Shown piece after piece: positions 8,531 through 17,965 of a stretch of 34,217 nt of DNA (the stretch's first letter is position 1; each line of letters starts with the position of its first letter). Origin of the DNA: Polyangiaceae bacterium (GTDB lineage Bacteria > Myxococcota_A > Polyangia > Polyangiales > Polyangiaceae); contig DASWDH010000039.1 in the NCBI GenBank assembly GCA_036395495.1, forward strand, positions 1 through 34,217, given 5' to 3'. The notes beneath the pieces were generated by a model. It was not told where the DNA came from. It saw only the letters and a program-made list of their open reading frames with translations, and made no database searches. The translations under genes were made by a program, and so were the position numbers.

Positions 8531-9964
8531 GTGCTGGCCCGTCGAACGAAAATCGTCTGTACGATCGGTCCGGCCAGCGAGACGAGAGACGCGCTCGAGC
8601 AACTCATCATGGCGGGCATGGACGTCGCGCGGCTGAACTTCTCGCATGGCAGTACCGATGACCACGCGCGTCGCCTGGCGACGTTGCGGGCGGCGGCCGA
8701 CAAATGCCAAAAGCCGGTAGCCGCCCTGCAAGATCTATGCGGTCCGAAAATCCGTACCGGCTCGTTTCCGCGCGGAGCTTACGTCATCGCTCCAGATCAA
8801 GAAGTCGTTCTGGTGGAGGGGGTCGTCGGACCGGCTCCCTCGGCATCGCCCGAGCCCGACGTGATTCCCATTCAGTACGCGGGATTGGCCGACGACGTCG
8901 TGGTCGGCGACCTCATTCTCATCGATGATGGGAGGGTCGCGCTGCGCGTTCGCCGCATTAGCGGAGGAAAAGTCTACTGTTCGGTCGATCAACCGGGGGT
9001 GGTGAGGGACCAAGCCGGGGTGCACCTACCTTCGCGAAGTCTGCGTGTCGCGACCTTGACCGAAAAAGACAAGGCCGATCTCTCCTTTGGACTGTCGATC
9101 GGGGTGGACTATGTCGCTCTGTCGTTCGTGCGGCGATCCGACGACATTCGGCTCGTGCGCGAAATCTGCGAGGCGTGGGGTAAACCGACGCCGATCGTGG
9201 CGAAGATCGAGACCCCGGCGGCCGTCGAAGACCTCGAAGGGATCGTCGCGGCGGCTGATGCCATCATGGTGGCTCGGGGCGATCTCGGTGTAGAATTCCC
9301 GCCTGAACGCGTGCCGGTGCTTCAGAAGCAGATTCTCGGTTTGGCTCGCATGTACCAGCGCCCGGTGATCGTGGCGACCGAGATGCTGCAGTCGATGGTG
9401 CACGCCACGCGCCCCACTCGGGCCGAGGCGAGCGACGTTGCCAATGCCGTCTTCGACGGGACCGACGCGGTGATGCTGTCGGCCGAAACGGCGACCGGCG
9501 ACCACCCGTCGGTTGCTGCGGCCATGATGGCGCGGATCATCCGGCAGGCCGAAGCGAGTCCGTTTTACTCGCCGCCGTCGTCGCACGCGAGCGAAGCGGT
9601 CTCGGTGCCAGAGGGCATCGCTCGTGCCGCCTGTGCGGTGGCACGGGAGGTCAAGGCCAAGCTCTTGGTGGCGTTCACCGAGAGCGGTTCTTCGGCGCGA
9701 TTCGTCTCCAAGGCCCGGCCGCATGTGCCAATTCTGGCGTTTTCCCCGAATGAGGGCACCCGCCGCAAGCTGGCGCTCTACTGGGGGGTCATCCCACGTT
9801 ACATCGAGCAGCTGCGCGATACCGACAGCATGGTCGAGCGAGCCAACGACTTCGTTCTTACCAATGGTTTCGGCTCGCCGGGAGACAAGATCGTCGCCGT
9901 CTTCGGCGCACCGACCGGCGTCGCCGGGACGACGAACTCCATCCGAGTGCGGGTACTCGAATGA
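8531..9964 (+). CDS. pyk: pyruvate kinase
   Basis: Motifs seen are TKIVCTIGPAS, ARLNFSHG, AKIETPAAV and MVARGDLGVE. The GTG start at 8531 gives the canonical N-terminus MLARRTKIVCTIGP. The track start 8420 would overlap lysA. The TGA stop at 9962-9964 overlaps the ATG of the next gene. Confidence 0.9.
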   Translation: MLARRTKIVCTIGPASETRDALEQLIMAGMDVARLNFSHGSTDDHARRLATLRAAADKCQKPVAALQDLCGPKIRTGSFPRGAYVIAPDQEVVLVEGVVGPAPSASPEPDVIPIQYAGLADDVVVGDLILIDDGRVALRVRRISGGKVYCSVDQPGVVRDQAGVHLPSRSLRVATLTEKDKADLSFGLSIGVDYVALSFVRRSDDIRLVREICEAWGKPTPIVAKIETPAAVEDLEGIVAAADAIMVARGDLGVEFPPERVPVLQKQILGLARMYQRPVIVATEMLQSMVHATRPTRAEASDVANAVFDGTDAVMLSAETATGDHPSVAAAMMARIIRQAEASPFYSPPSSHASEAVSVPEGIARAACAVAREVKAKLLVAFTESGSSARFVSKARPHVPILAFSPNEGTRRKLALYWGVIPRYIEQLRDTDSMVERANDFVLTNGFGSPGDKIVAVFGAPTGVAGTTNSIRVRVLE

Positions 9965-11754
9965 GCACGGTCCCCGAAGCGGCGGTCCTTCCTCACCTCG
10001 CCAAGTACGAGATCGTCGAGGAGCTCGGACACGGGGGAATGGCTACGGTCTACCGCGCCCGCGACCAGCGCTTGCATCGTGACGTGGCGGTCAAGATCAT
10101 CCACAAGCATCTACGCGAGAGCAAAGAGGTGTCGATCCGGTTCGAAGCGGAAGCGCGAGCCGTCGCGAAGCTGCGTCACCCCAATATTATCGAGGTCTAC
10201 GACGTTTCCGGCGAGGACGATGCCGACAAATACATCGTCGTCGAGCTGTCGCGCGGGATCACGCTGCGTCTATTACTGGCGCGATTCGGAGAGATGCCGC
10301 CCGAGGTTGCCGCAGCGCTCGGTATCGAGCTCGCCTCCGCGCTCTCGCACGCGCATGCGGCCGGTGTGATCCACCGCGACTTGAAGCCGGAAAATGTGCT
10401 GGTGGACACCGAGCACGGTGTCAGCGTGAAGCTCACCGACTTCGGGATTGCGAAGATTCTCGATGCACAAGGCGTCACCTCGACTGGCCAGGTATTGGGC
10501 TCGCCGGCTCACATGGCACCCGAACAGATCGAAGGCGGCGAGGTCGATGCGCGCGCCGACGTGTTCGGGCTCGGGGTGTTGCTCTACGAGTGCATGGTCG
10601 GCCATCTGCCTTTCGAGGGGAAGAATCCGGCGCAGGTCCTTCGACGCGTTCTCGAGGGGTCGTACTCGCCGCCCGATCGCGAGCGGCCATCGGTCGGAGG
10701 GCGATGGGCGAAGATCTTGGCCCGCGCCTTGGCGCGTGATGCCGTCGATCGATACCCGTCGGCCGAGGCTTTCATGGACGCTCTGCGCGACGAGCTTGCC
10801 AGCCTCGAAATCTCCGATCCTGCGGCTGAGCTTCGTGCATTTTTCACCCATCCGGAGGAGTACCGCTCGGGCCACGCGAAGCGGCTCGTCCCCATTTTGA
10901 CCGAGCGCGGTGAACGGGCGCGAAAGGCAAAAGATCCGCACGGCGCGGCTGCCGATTTCAATCGAGCGCTGGCGTACGCCCCGCAGGATGCGGTTCTGCT
11001 CAAGTGGATCGGCAGGCTGCAACGCGGTCGTGCGACGCGACGTGCCCTACTCACCGGGCTGGTGGTCGCGGTGAGTTCGGGCGCAGTGGTCATGGCTGCA
11101 TTCGCCGCCAAGAGCGCGTTTTGGCGTCCACCTCCGCCCCAAGCGCCGGTCCCGCCGTCTTTGGACTCCGCTACGGCAGTACCGGCTCCACCCATGATTT
11201 CGGCCGCTCCGTCCGCCACGCTGGCACGGTCGGCCCTCCCGCCGCGTTCCCTCGCATCGGAAAGACAGCCGCCGCGTCACAACGCCGAGCCGCCCGTCGG
11301 CCAACGCGAAGTATCGTTCGTCGTCATCCCCAAGGGGGCGCTGGTAAGCGTCGACGGGCAGGCCGCCGAAGAGCTTTTTCTCAAGACCAAGAGGCTCTCG
11401 GTGGGAACGCACCGATTTCGCGTCGAGGTTCCGCCGCCCAGCAAGTGCTGCGAACCTTTGCAGCGAGAAGAAGAAATCAAGCCTGACGACGGGACGGGTA
11501 CAGCCCAGCAGGTATCGCTCTCGCTCAGCTTTCGCGACGCGACGCTCTCGGTGCCCGACGCGCCGGCCGGCGCGCAACTGCGTTGTGCGATACCTCGCAT
11601 CGCCGGGGCAGCGTCGCACGAATTTCCGATCAAAATGTCGACGTTGGAGCAAGACATTTCGTGCGAATTGGATGCGCCGGGGGTGTCATTGCGCCGCCTT
11701 TCGATTACGCTGCGGGCAGGTGAACTCACCGCCGTGCCATGGTCAGCTCCGTAG
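9961..11754 (+). CDS. Hanks-type Ser/Thr protein kinase with a TM segment and a PEGA-like C-terminal domain
   Basis: Kinase motifs are GHGGMATVY...VAVKII, HRDLKPENVL, DFGIAK and SPAHMAPEQ. These are followed by a hydrophobic helix (LLTGLVVAVSSGAVVMAAFAA) and a Pro-rich linker. A PEGA-like strand follows (VIPKGALVSVDGQ). The start forms an ATGA overlap with pyk. Confidence 0.9.
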   Translation: MSTVPEAAVLPHLAKYEIVEELGHGGMATVYRARDQRLHRDVAVKIIHKHLRESKEVSIRFEAEARAVAKLRHPNIIEVYDVSGEDDADKYIVVELSRGITLRLLLARFGEMPPEVAAALGIELASALSHAHAAGVIHRDLKPENVLVDTEHGVSVKLTDFGIAKILDAQGVTSTGQVLGSPAHMAPEQIEGGEVDARADVFGLGVLLYECMVGHLPFEGKNPAQVLRRVLEGSYSPPDRERPSVGGRWAKILARALARDAVDRYPSAEAFMDALRDELASLEISDPAAELRAFFTHPEEYRSGHAKRLVPILTERGERARKAKDPHGAAADFNRALAYAPQDAVLLKWIGRLQRGRATRRALLTGLVVAVSSGAVVMAAFAAKSAFWRPPPPQAPVPPSLDSATAVPAPPMISAAPSATLARSALPPRSLASERQPPRHNAEPPVGQREVSFVVIPKGALVSVDGQAAEELFLKTKRLSVGTHRFRVEVPPPSKCCEPLQREEEIKPDDGTGTAQQVSLSLSFRDATLSVPDAPAGAQLRCAIPRIAGAASHEFPIKMSTLEQDISCELDAPGVSLRRLSITLRAGELTAVPWSAP

Positions 11755-11814
11755 CCGAACATCGCGGTTTTCTCTATTACTTCGTCATTCCGGGCCGCGG
11801 CGGGTCATGGACAC

Positions 11815-12729
11815 ATGACGAGCTCTCGTAGGATTCCTGTCGTCGCGGCATTGGCCCTCGTCCTCGTGGCCGCGCAGGCGCGCGGCGATGACGCGACCGA
11901 ACTGGAACGCGCCAAGTCGTCGTACGATGCGGGGCGCTACTCGGAAGGCGCCGAGCGATTCAAAGAGATTCTGAATCCGAGTGCGCCGAATGCGCTGCAC
12001 GATCCTTCCGCGATCGAACGGGCGCGAGCTTATTACGCGGCGTGTCTGATTGCCCTCGGCCGCACCGACGAAGCCAACGTTCAAATCGAGAAAGTGATCC
12101 GTACGAACCCGCTCTACTCACCCGATCCGGTCGTTTTTCCGGGCAAGGTCGTCGACCGCTTCATCGAGGTGAGGGGCCGGCTCAAAGGCGAGATCGAAGA
12201 CGCCTTCCGAGCCAAAGCCGAAGTCGAGCGCGCGGCGCGCGATGCGCGGCTCAAAGCCGAGAGGGAGCAGCGCGCGTACGTCGAAACGCTCCAGCGGCTG
12301 GCGGCTCAAGAATCGGTGGTCGTGCGGCGCTCGCGTTGGGTGGCGCTCGTGCCTTTCGGCGCCGGCCAGTTCCAGAATGGTCAGGAAAGCCTCGGTTACA
12401 CCTTCCTCGTCGGCGAATCGCTGTTGGCCGCCGCCAGCATCACGGCGGGGGTCATCCACATGCAGCTCATCTCCGACTACGCTCGCTTCCAGAATACCGT
12501 CGACTTCGCCGACTACGACGCCCGCCGCCGGACGGCGCAAACCGTCAGCGTGCTGGCCGGCGGAGCGCTCGCAGCCGTGGCGGTGGGGGGCATCGTCCAT
12601 GCGCAGCTCACGTTCGTACCCGAGTTGCGCGAAACGCGGCCCCGTCCGATTCCGAAGCCGCCCGCGATGATGCCGGCCGTGATTCCAGGAGCGAGGGGTC
12701 TCGTGGTCGGCCTGGTCGGCTGGTTCTGA
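11815..12729 (+). CDS. exported/membrane protein with a TPR-like N-terminal region, a coiled coil and C-terminal TM helices
   Basis: 304 aa. The signal peptide is RRIPVVAALALVLVAAQARG. This is followed by helical repeat-like sequence, a charged coiled-coil stretch (AKAEVERAARDARLKAEREQRAY) and at least two hydrophobic helices. I recognise no catalytic motif. Confidence 0.65.
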   Translation: MTSSRRIPVVAALALVLVAAQARGDDATELERAKSSYDAGRYSEGAERFKEILNPSAPNALHDPSAIERARAYYAACLIALGRTDEANVQIEKVIRTNPLYSPDPVVFPGKVVDRFIEVRGRLKGEIEDAFRAKAEVERAARDARLKAEREQRAYVETLQRLAAQESVVVRRSRWVALVPFGAGQFQNGQESLGYTFLVGESLLAAASITAGVIHMQLISDYARFQNTVDFADYDARRRTAQTVSVLAGGALAAVAVGGIVHAQLTFVPELRETRPRPIPKPPAMMPAVIPGARGLVVGLVGWF

Positions 12730-12757
12730 CGAGCGAGCTGCGCCCGATATCGCTACC

Positions 12758-13504
12758 TCATGCTCGACGGGCGATCGCCGCGATCCAAAAACCGCCGAAC
12801 ATGGAAAGCGGAGAATCGGCCAGTGCCCATTCGCCCGCCCTGAGCACCGAACGGAGCCCGGGCACACGCATCGCAAATGCCGCCGGCGTCACGATGCGCA
12901 CGCCCCGCGAAGCCACCACCTCCCAGCCCACCGGCAACAGCTGTCTCACCCGAGAAGGAGAATCGAAGCGGGTGAACACCGCTCGCTCGTCCTTCGTGGC
13001 ACTGATCGCTCCTGCTGGACCGAAGCGCTTGACCAGACCACGCAAGCTATACGGATTGTAGAATTCGGCGAGCACCACGCCGGTCGGTCGCGTCACCCGC
13101 ATCATTTCCGCGAGAGCCTGCTCGATGGCTTCGACGTGGGCCAGCACCTTGAAGGAGTACGCCACGTCGAACGACGCGTCGGGGTAAGGCAAGTCGAGCA
13201 CGCTACCCTGACGAACATCGAGTCCTCGGCCCTGGGCTTTCTCCAGCATCCCCGGCGATAGGTCGATTCCTCGAGCGCTTCGTGCCACCTTGCCGAGACG
13301 CTCGAGCAGGAGACCGGTGCCGCAGCCGACCTCGAGGATGTCGCCGCCTGCGGCGAATCGGCTGGCGAAGTCCACCTCCAGATCGTCGACCAGCTCGTGG
13401 TAGCCTCCGGGATCGTTGGATCCGCGTAACTTATCGTAGGACTTCGAGAATTCGTCGTAATAGCTTTGGGTGTGCGCAGGAGACCCCAACCCTTTTGTGA
13501 GCAT
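12758..13504 (-). CDS. class I SAM-dependent methyltransferase
   Basis: 248 aa. Motif I is ILEVGCGTGLL. An acidic loop (IDLSPGML) and DVAYSFKVLAHV are typical of the Methyltransf_11/25 type. The substrate cannot be called. Confidence 0.8.
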   Translation of the reverse strand: MLTKGLGSPAHTQSYYDEFSKSYDKLRGSNDPGGYHELVDDLEVDFASRFAAGGDILEVGCGTGLLLERLGKVARSARGIDLSPGMLEKAQGRGLDVRQGSVLDLPYPDASFDVAYSFKVLAHVEAIEQALAEMMRVTRPTGVVLAEFYNPYSLRGLVKRFGPAGAISATKDERAVFTRFDSPSRVRQLLPVGWEVVASRGVRIVTPAAFAMRVPGLRSVLRAGEWALADSPLSMFGGFWIAAIARRA

Positions 13505-13578
13505 GCCGGAGTTATAGCAAGTAGGCTCAAGTTTCCCGCGCCGACGGCGTTGTTAGGGGAGGGGGCTGGTGAAGGCTG

Positions 13579-14535
13579 ATGAGTGACATACGTTCACCCG
13601 GCGGCGGGCGATCGAGCTCATTCGAGGATGACGATCTCGAGGAAGTAACGGCCGTCTCCGTGCGTCCGACGCTCGAGGGTCGCCGCGTCGAGCCTGCGAC
13701 GCCACGCGATCGGGCAACTTTCACGCTCATCAGCGGACCGAGCGCGGGCACCATCTTCACGTTGCTCGCCGACGAGCACGTGATTGGGCGCGGGAAGGAA
13801 TGCGCCATACGGATCGACGACCCCGGGATCAGCCGCAGGCATGCGCGCATCGTGCGCCGCGCGCCGAAAACGTACTTCGTCGAAGATCTCGGGTCGCGCA
13901 ACGGTACGTTCGTTGCTGGTCATCGCGTCACCGATCAACTCTTGTCGGAAGGCGATCGCGTGAGCATCGACCGCATCGACTTCCGCTTCGACTTCACCGA
14001 CGAGGCGGAAGAAGGGCTGATGCGGCGCCTGTTCGAGTCGAGCGTGCTCGACGCGCTCACCGGCGCCTATAATCGTAAACATTTCTCGGAAAGGATGATC
14101 GCGGAGATCGCTTATGCAAAGCGCCACGGCACGCCGGTGTCGTTGGTCCTCTTCGACATCGATCATTTCAAGAAGATTAATGATTCGTTCGGTCACCTCG
14201 GGGGTGACCACGTCTTGCGCAGCGTGGCGGCTCTGGTGAGAAAAACGCTCCGCGCCGAGGACATCTTCGCCCGGTATGGCGGTGAGGAGTTCGCCATCAT
14301 CGCGCGCGGGATCGATGTGCAGCGCGCTCTCATGCTCGCCGAACGGATGCGCTTGACCATCGCGCTCGCCAAAATCGAATGCAATCGAGCGCCGGTTTTC
14401 GTCACCGTGAGCATCGGGGTGGCCTCACTGGCGTGTTGCGGCGAGAATCCCGGCATCGAGACGCTCGTCGCCAAGGCCGACCGGCGTCTGTACGCGGCCA
14501 AGAGTACCGGCCGAAACCGCACCGTGTGGAAGTAG
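13579..14535 (+). CDS. FHA domain-containing diguanylate cyclase (FHA-GGDEF)
   Basis: The N-terminal FHA signature is IGRGKECAIRIDDPGISRRHARIV...LGSRNGTFV. The C-terminal GGDEF domain has the active-site sequence RYGGEEFAII. A purine-rich GGTGAAGG lies just upstream of the ATG. Confidence 0.9.
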   Translation: MSDIRSPGGGRSSSFEDDDLEEVTAVSVRPTLEGRRVEPATPRDRATFTLISGPSAGTIFTLLADEHVIGRGKECAIRIDDPGISRRHARIVRRAPKTYFVEDLGSRNGTFVAGHRVTDQLLSEGDRVSIDRIDFRFDFTDEAEEGLMRRLFESSVLDALTGAYNRKHFSERMIAEIAYAKRHGTPVSLVLFDIDHFKKINDSFGHLGGDHVLRSVAALVRKTLRAEDIFARYGGEEFAIIARGIDVQRALMLAERMRLTIALAKIECNRAPVFVTVSIGVASLACCGENPGIETLVAKADRRLYAAKSTGRNRTVWK

Positions 14536-14580
14536 TTTTGCGCGTGCGACTTGGCGGAGGCGGTGTAAAAGAGTGCCACG

Positions 14581-16497
14581 ATGCCGAGCCGCTTTTACAT
14601 CACCACGCCCATTTATTACATCAACGACGTGCCTCACCTCGGCACCGCTTACAGCACGATCGCGGCGGACGTGCTCACGCGCTATCGGCGGTTGCGGGGT
14701 GACGATGGATTCTTTCTGACCGGGACCGACGAGCACGGGCTCAAGCTCGAACGCGCCGCCAAGGATCGAGGACTCTCACCGCGTGCCTTCTCGGACCAGA
14801 TGAGCGCGCCTTTTCGGGAGACCTGGCCGCTGCTCGATTGCGCTTACAGTTATTTCGTTCGCACCACTGACGCCGATCACGAAGCGCGGCTGGGCGAGAT
14901 CTGGGAACGGGTGAAAGCGCGCGGCGACTTGTACCTCGGCGCGTACGAGGGCTGGTATTGTGTGGATTGCGAGGCGTATTATACGGAAAAGGAGCTCGAT
15001 CCGGGCGGGCTCTGCCCGCTGCACAAGAAGCCGGCAGAACGCATTCGCGAGCCGAGTTACTTCTTCCGTCTGGGCGCCTACGGAGAGAAGCTGCTCGCGC
15101 TCTACGAGCGAAATCCCGCTTTCGTGCAGCCCGTCGCCCGCATGAACGAAGTGAAGAGCTTCGTGCGCGGAGGGCTCGAGGATCTTTCGGTGTCGCGCAC
15201 GACTTTCTCGTGGGGCGTGCCGGTGCCGAACGATCCGGCGCACGTGATGTACGTCTGGTTCGATGCGCTCTTCAGCTACTTCACGCCGATGCTGGCCACG
15301 CCGGAGAGGCGCGCATTTTGGCCGGCCAACATTCACTTGGTAGGCAAAGACATCCTACGTTTTCACGCCGTGTATTGGCCGGCGTTTCTGTTGTCGGCCG
15401 GGTTGTCGGAAGACGAGCTGCCGCGCCAGATCTTTGCGCACGGGTTTCTCACCTTCAACGGCCAGAAGATGTCGAAGACGCTGCGCAACACCGTCAAACC
15501 GCTCGCCCTGGCCGACGCTTTCGGGGTCGACACCCTGCGCTACTACTTGATGCGCGCGATTGCTTTCGGCCAAGACGGCGACTTCAATGTCAAAGAGCTC
15601 GTACAGCGATACAACGCCGACCTCGGAAATGCGCTCGGCAACCTGCTCAACCGCGTGCTCAAATTCAGCGGCGCCACCTATCCGGAGAAAGGCGAGCTCG
15701 AGCCGCTCGAGCGTGGCCTGCTTGCCGATGTTGCGACCAGCGCCAAGAGCGCCGCAGAGGCATTCGACCTCGTGCAGCCGCACCGCGCGCTCGAAGCCAT
15801 CTGGCAGGCCATCAGCGCGGCGAATACGTACATCGATCGTGCCGCTCCATGGGCAGCGGCCAAGCGTGGAGACGGGCTCCGAACAGGGACCATCCTCGCA
15901 ACGGCGCTCGACGTGCTGCAGGCCGTCAGCATCATGGCTTGGCCGGTGATGCCGAGAAGCTCCGATCAGCTTCGCAAACAGCTCGGGCTCGGCCCGGTGT
16001 CTCCCAATCCCGGGATCGATCTGTGGCCGCTTTCTCTCGTCGCACGGCGCGCCGGCGAACCGCTCGGCACCGCAGCGCCACTCTTTCCGCGCATCGACGC
16101 CGACAGGGAGAAGGAGCTCGTGGCCGGTCTCGGTCTACTACCCGCCGAAGAACCGCGTTCCGCGGCGTCGCCGAGCTCCGCGAGCTACCAGGATTTCGAC
16201 AAGCTCGACCTGCGCGTGGGAGTCGTTCGGACGGCCGAACGCGTTACCGGGAAGGACAAGCTCCTCTCGCTGCGCGTCGATCTGGGCGAGCCGGAGCCGC
16301 GTCCGATCGTGGCCGGGCTTGCGCTTTCGTTTCGCCCCGAGGACCTCGTGGGCAAGAGCGTCGTCGTCATCGCCAATCTCGAGCCCCGCAAGTTCGGCAA
16401 GCATCTGGTATCGCGCGGCATGCTTCTGGCGGCCGGACCACCCGAGGCGCTGAAACTAGTCACGGTCGACGGCGCGCCAGGCACCAAAGTGAAGTAG
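14581..16497 (+). CDS. metG: methionine--tRNA ligase with a C-terminal tRNA-binding (Trbp111/EMAP-like) domain
   Basis: The HIGH-type motif is PHLGTAYS and the KMSKS motif is KMSKT. A zinc knuckle is present (CVDCEAYY...CPLH). The C-terminal segment FDKLDLRVGVV...VANLEPRKF is an OB-fold tRNA-binding domain. Confidence 0.95.
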   Translation: MPSRFYITTPIYYINDVPHLGTAYSTIAADVLTRYRRLRGDDGFFLTGTDEHGLKLERAAKDRGLSPRAFSDQMSAPFRETWPLLDCAYSYFVRTTDADHEARLGEIWERVKARGDLYLGAYEGWYCVDCEAYYTEKELDPGGLCPLHKKPAERIREPSYFFRLGAYGEKLLALYERNPAFVQPVARMNEVKSFVRGGLEDLSVSRTTFSWGVPVPNDPAHVMYVWFDALFSYFTPMLATPERRAFWPANIHLVGKDILRFHAVYWPAFLLSAGLSEDELPRQIFAHGFLTFNGQKMSKTLRNTVKPLALADAFGVDTLRYYLMRAIAFGQDGDFNVKELVQRYNADLGNALGNLLNRVLKFSGATYPEKGELEPLERGLLADVATSAKSAAEAFDLVQPHRALEAIWQAISAANTYIDRAAPWAAAKRGDGLRTGTILATALDVLQAVSIMAWPVMPRSSDQLRKQLGLGPVSPNPGIDLWPLSLVARRAGEPLGTAAPLFPRIDADREKELVAGLGLLPAEEPRSAASPSSASYQDFDKLDLRVGVVRTAERVTGKDKLLSLRVDLGEPEPRPIVAGLALSFRPEDLVGKSVVVIANLEPRKFGKHLVSRGMLLAAGPPEALKLVTVDGAPGTKVK

Positions 16498-16633
16498 CCC
16501 GGCCGCCCGCCGCGAAGCCACCGGGAATGGCTTTCTCGCGCCATGTCTGGGGTAAGCATACTTACCTCGGCCGTCGCTCGAAAACAGACACGCCCAGCGG
16601 AGGCGCCGCTCGACACGAGCCACACCCTTCTGG

Positions 16634-17965
16634 TCATCGCGCGCGTGCGGTGATTCGGTCGATGACGAGTCGTTTGGGTTTGGGTGCTCTCTTGGCGATG
16701 CGGAAGGCACGAAATAGGCGGTCTGCGACGTCCGGTAACGTCGGAGTCTGAACGTGGAGACGTGCGAGCGGTGCGCCCTTCGCTACGGCATCGCCGGGCT
16801 TGGCGCAAATCTCGATACCGACGGTCGCATCGATCGGATCGTCGGCGCGTAGCCGCCCCGCGCCCATCGTGACGGCGCAGAGCCCCACCTCGCGCGCATC
16901 GATGGTCGCCACGAACCCCGCGCGGTCGGAGGGAAGGTCCAGCTGGTGCGCGGCGCGAGGCAGAAGACCGGGGTCGGATACCACTCGCCCGTCTCCGCCT
17001 TGCGCGACGATGATGCGCTCCATCGTCCGTGCCGCCGAACCGTCGTGAATCGCCGCGAAGAGCCGCTCGTCCGCCGAACGTCGGCTGCGTGCCACCCCCC
17101 CGAGCAGGATCATCTCTCGTCCGAGGGCCATCGTGCACTCGAGCAGGTCGGCCGCAGCATGGCCGTGCAAAAGTTCGAGGGCCTCCCGCGTCTCGAGCGC
17201 GTTGCCGACGTACCGACCGAGAGGGTTCGACATGTCGGTGATGAGTGCCACCACGCGCTTACCAGCGCGGGCCCCGATGCGCACCAGCGCCTGCGCGAGC
17301 TTGCGCGCGTCCTTCAGGTCCTCCATGAAGGCTCCGCGCCCGGTCTTGACGTCGAGAACCAGCCCGTCGATGCCCTCGGCCAGCTTCTTCGAAAGGATAC
17401 TGGCGACGATGAGCGGTATCGATTCGACGGTCGCCGTCACGTCACGCAGCGCATAGATGCGTTTGTCGGCCGGCGCGATCTCGGAGGTTTGCCCGATGAG
17501 GCAAGCTCCCGTTTCCTCCACGATGCGCGCGAAGGCGTGCCGGTCGAGATCGGTACGAAATCCAGGGATGCTCTCCAGCTTGTCGACGGTTCCGCCGGTG
17601 TGACCGAGCCCCCGACCGGACACCATCGGAACGAAGATTCCGCAGGACGCGACCAAGGGAGCCAGACAAATCGAGACCTTGTCGCCTACGCCGCCGGTGG
17701 AGTGTTTGTCGAGCTTCGGTCCCCGGATATTGTCCAACGAGAGTACCTCGCCCGAATGCAGCATCGCGTCCATCAGTGCCACGGTTTCGGCGTCCGTCAT
17801 GCCGCGCAGAAACATCGCCATCAGCATGGCGCTCATCTGGTAGTCGGCGAGCTTGCCCTCGAGGAACAGGGAAACCAGCTGGGAGATCTCGCCGTGGGTC
17901 AGCTCCCCGCCGTCCCTCTTTTTTTGTATGAGCTCGACCGGAGACGTGCCTAGCTTGACGAGCAT
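16634..17965 (-). CDS. deoA: thymidine/pyrimidine-nucleoside phosphorylase
   Basis: 443 aa. Motifs seen are IQKKRDGGELT, DKHSTGGVGDK and SGRGLGHTGGTVDK. The ATG start lies at 17963-17965. Confidence 0.9.
   Translation of the reverse strand: MLVKLGTSPVELIQKKRDGGELTHGEISQLVSLFLEGKLADYQMSAMLMAMFLRGMTDAETVALMDAMLHSGEVLSLDNIRGPKLDKHSTGGVGDKVSICLAPLVASCGIFVPMVSGRGLGHTGGTVDKLESIPGFRTDLDRHAFARIVEETGACLIGQTSEIAPADKRIYALRDVTATVESIPLIVASILSKKLAEGIDGLVLDVKTGRGAFMEDLKDARKLAQALVRIGARAGKRVVALITDMSNPLGRYVGNALETREALELLHGHAAADLLECTMALGREMILLGGVARSRRSADERLFAAIHDGSAARTMERIIVAQGGDGRVVSDPGLLPRAAHQLDLPSDRAGFVATIDAREVGLCAVTMGAGRLRADDPIDATVGIEICAKPGDAVAKGAPLARLHVQTPTLPDVADRLFRAFRIAKRAPKPKRLVIDRITARAR

Noticed and set aside
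16549-16610. Two hairpins in the convergent metG/deoA intergenic region. They are GGGGTAAG-cata-CTTACCTC at 16549-16568 and AGCGG-aggcg-CCGCT at 16596-16610. I considered them as a bidirectional intrinsic terminator.
   Set aside because: The stems are short, and neither is followed by a U-run on either strand. They may still act as termination or stability elements, but the sequence does not support a confident terminator call.
14958-16751. 597-aa ORF on the plus strand overlapping metG in another frame and running past its stop
   Set aside because: Its translation is Arg/Ala/Gly-rich low-complexity sequence, typical of off-frame ORFs in GC-rich DNA. It lies entirely within the well-supported metG gene and carries no motif.
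17853-17963. Upstream extensions of three track ORFs: 17853 for the lipoprotein (the coordinates given here), 18340 for WYL and 19622 for kamA
   Set aside because: Each extension overlaps the preceding gene or lacks signal-peptide or domain logic. Internal ATGs at 17964, 18574 and 19769 give sensible N-termini, and the latter two also have SD-like sequences.
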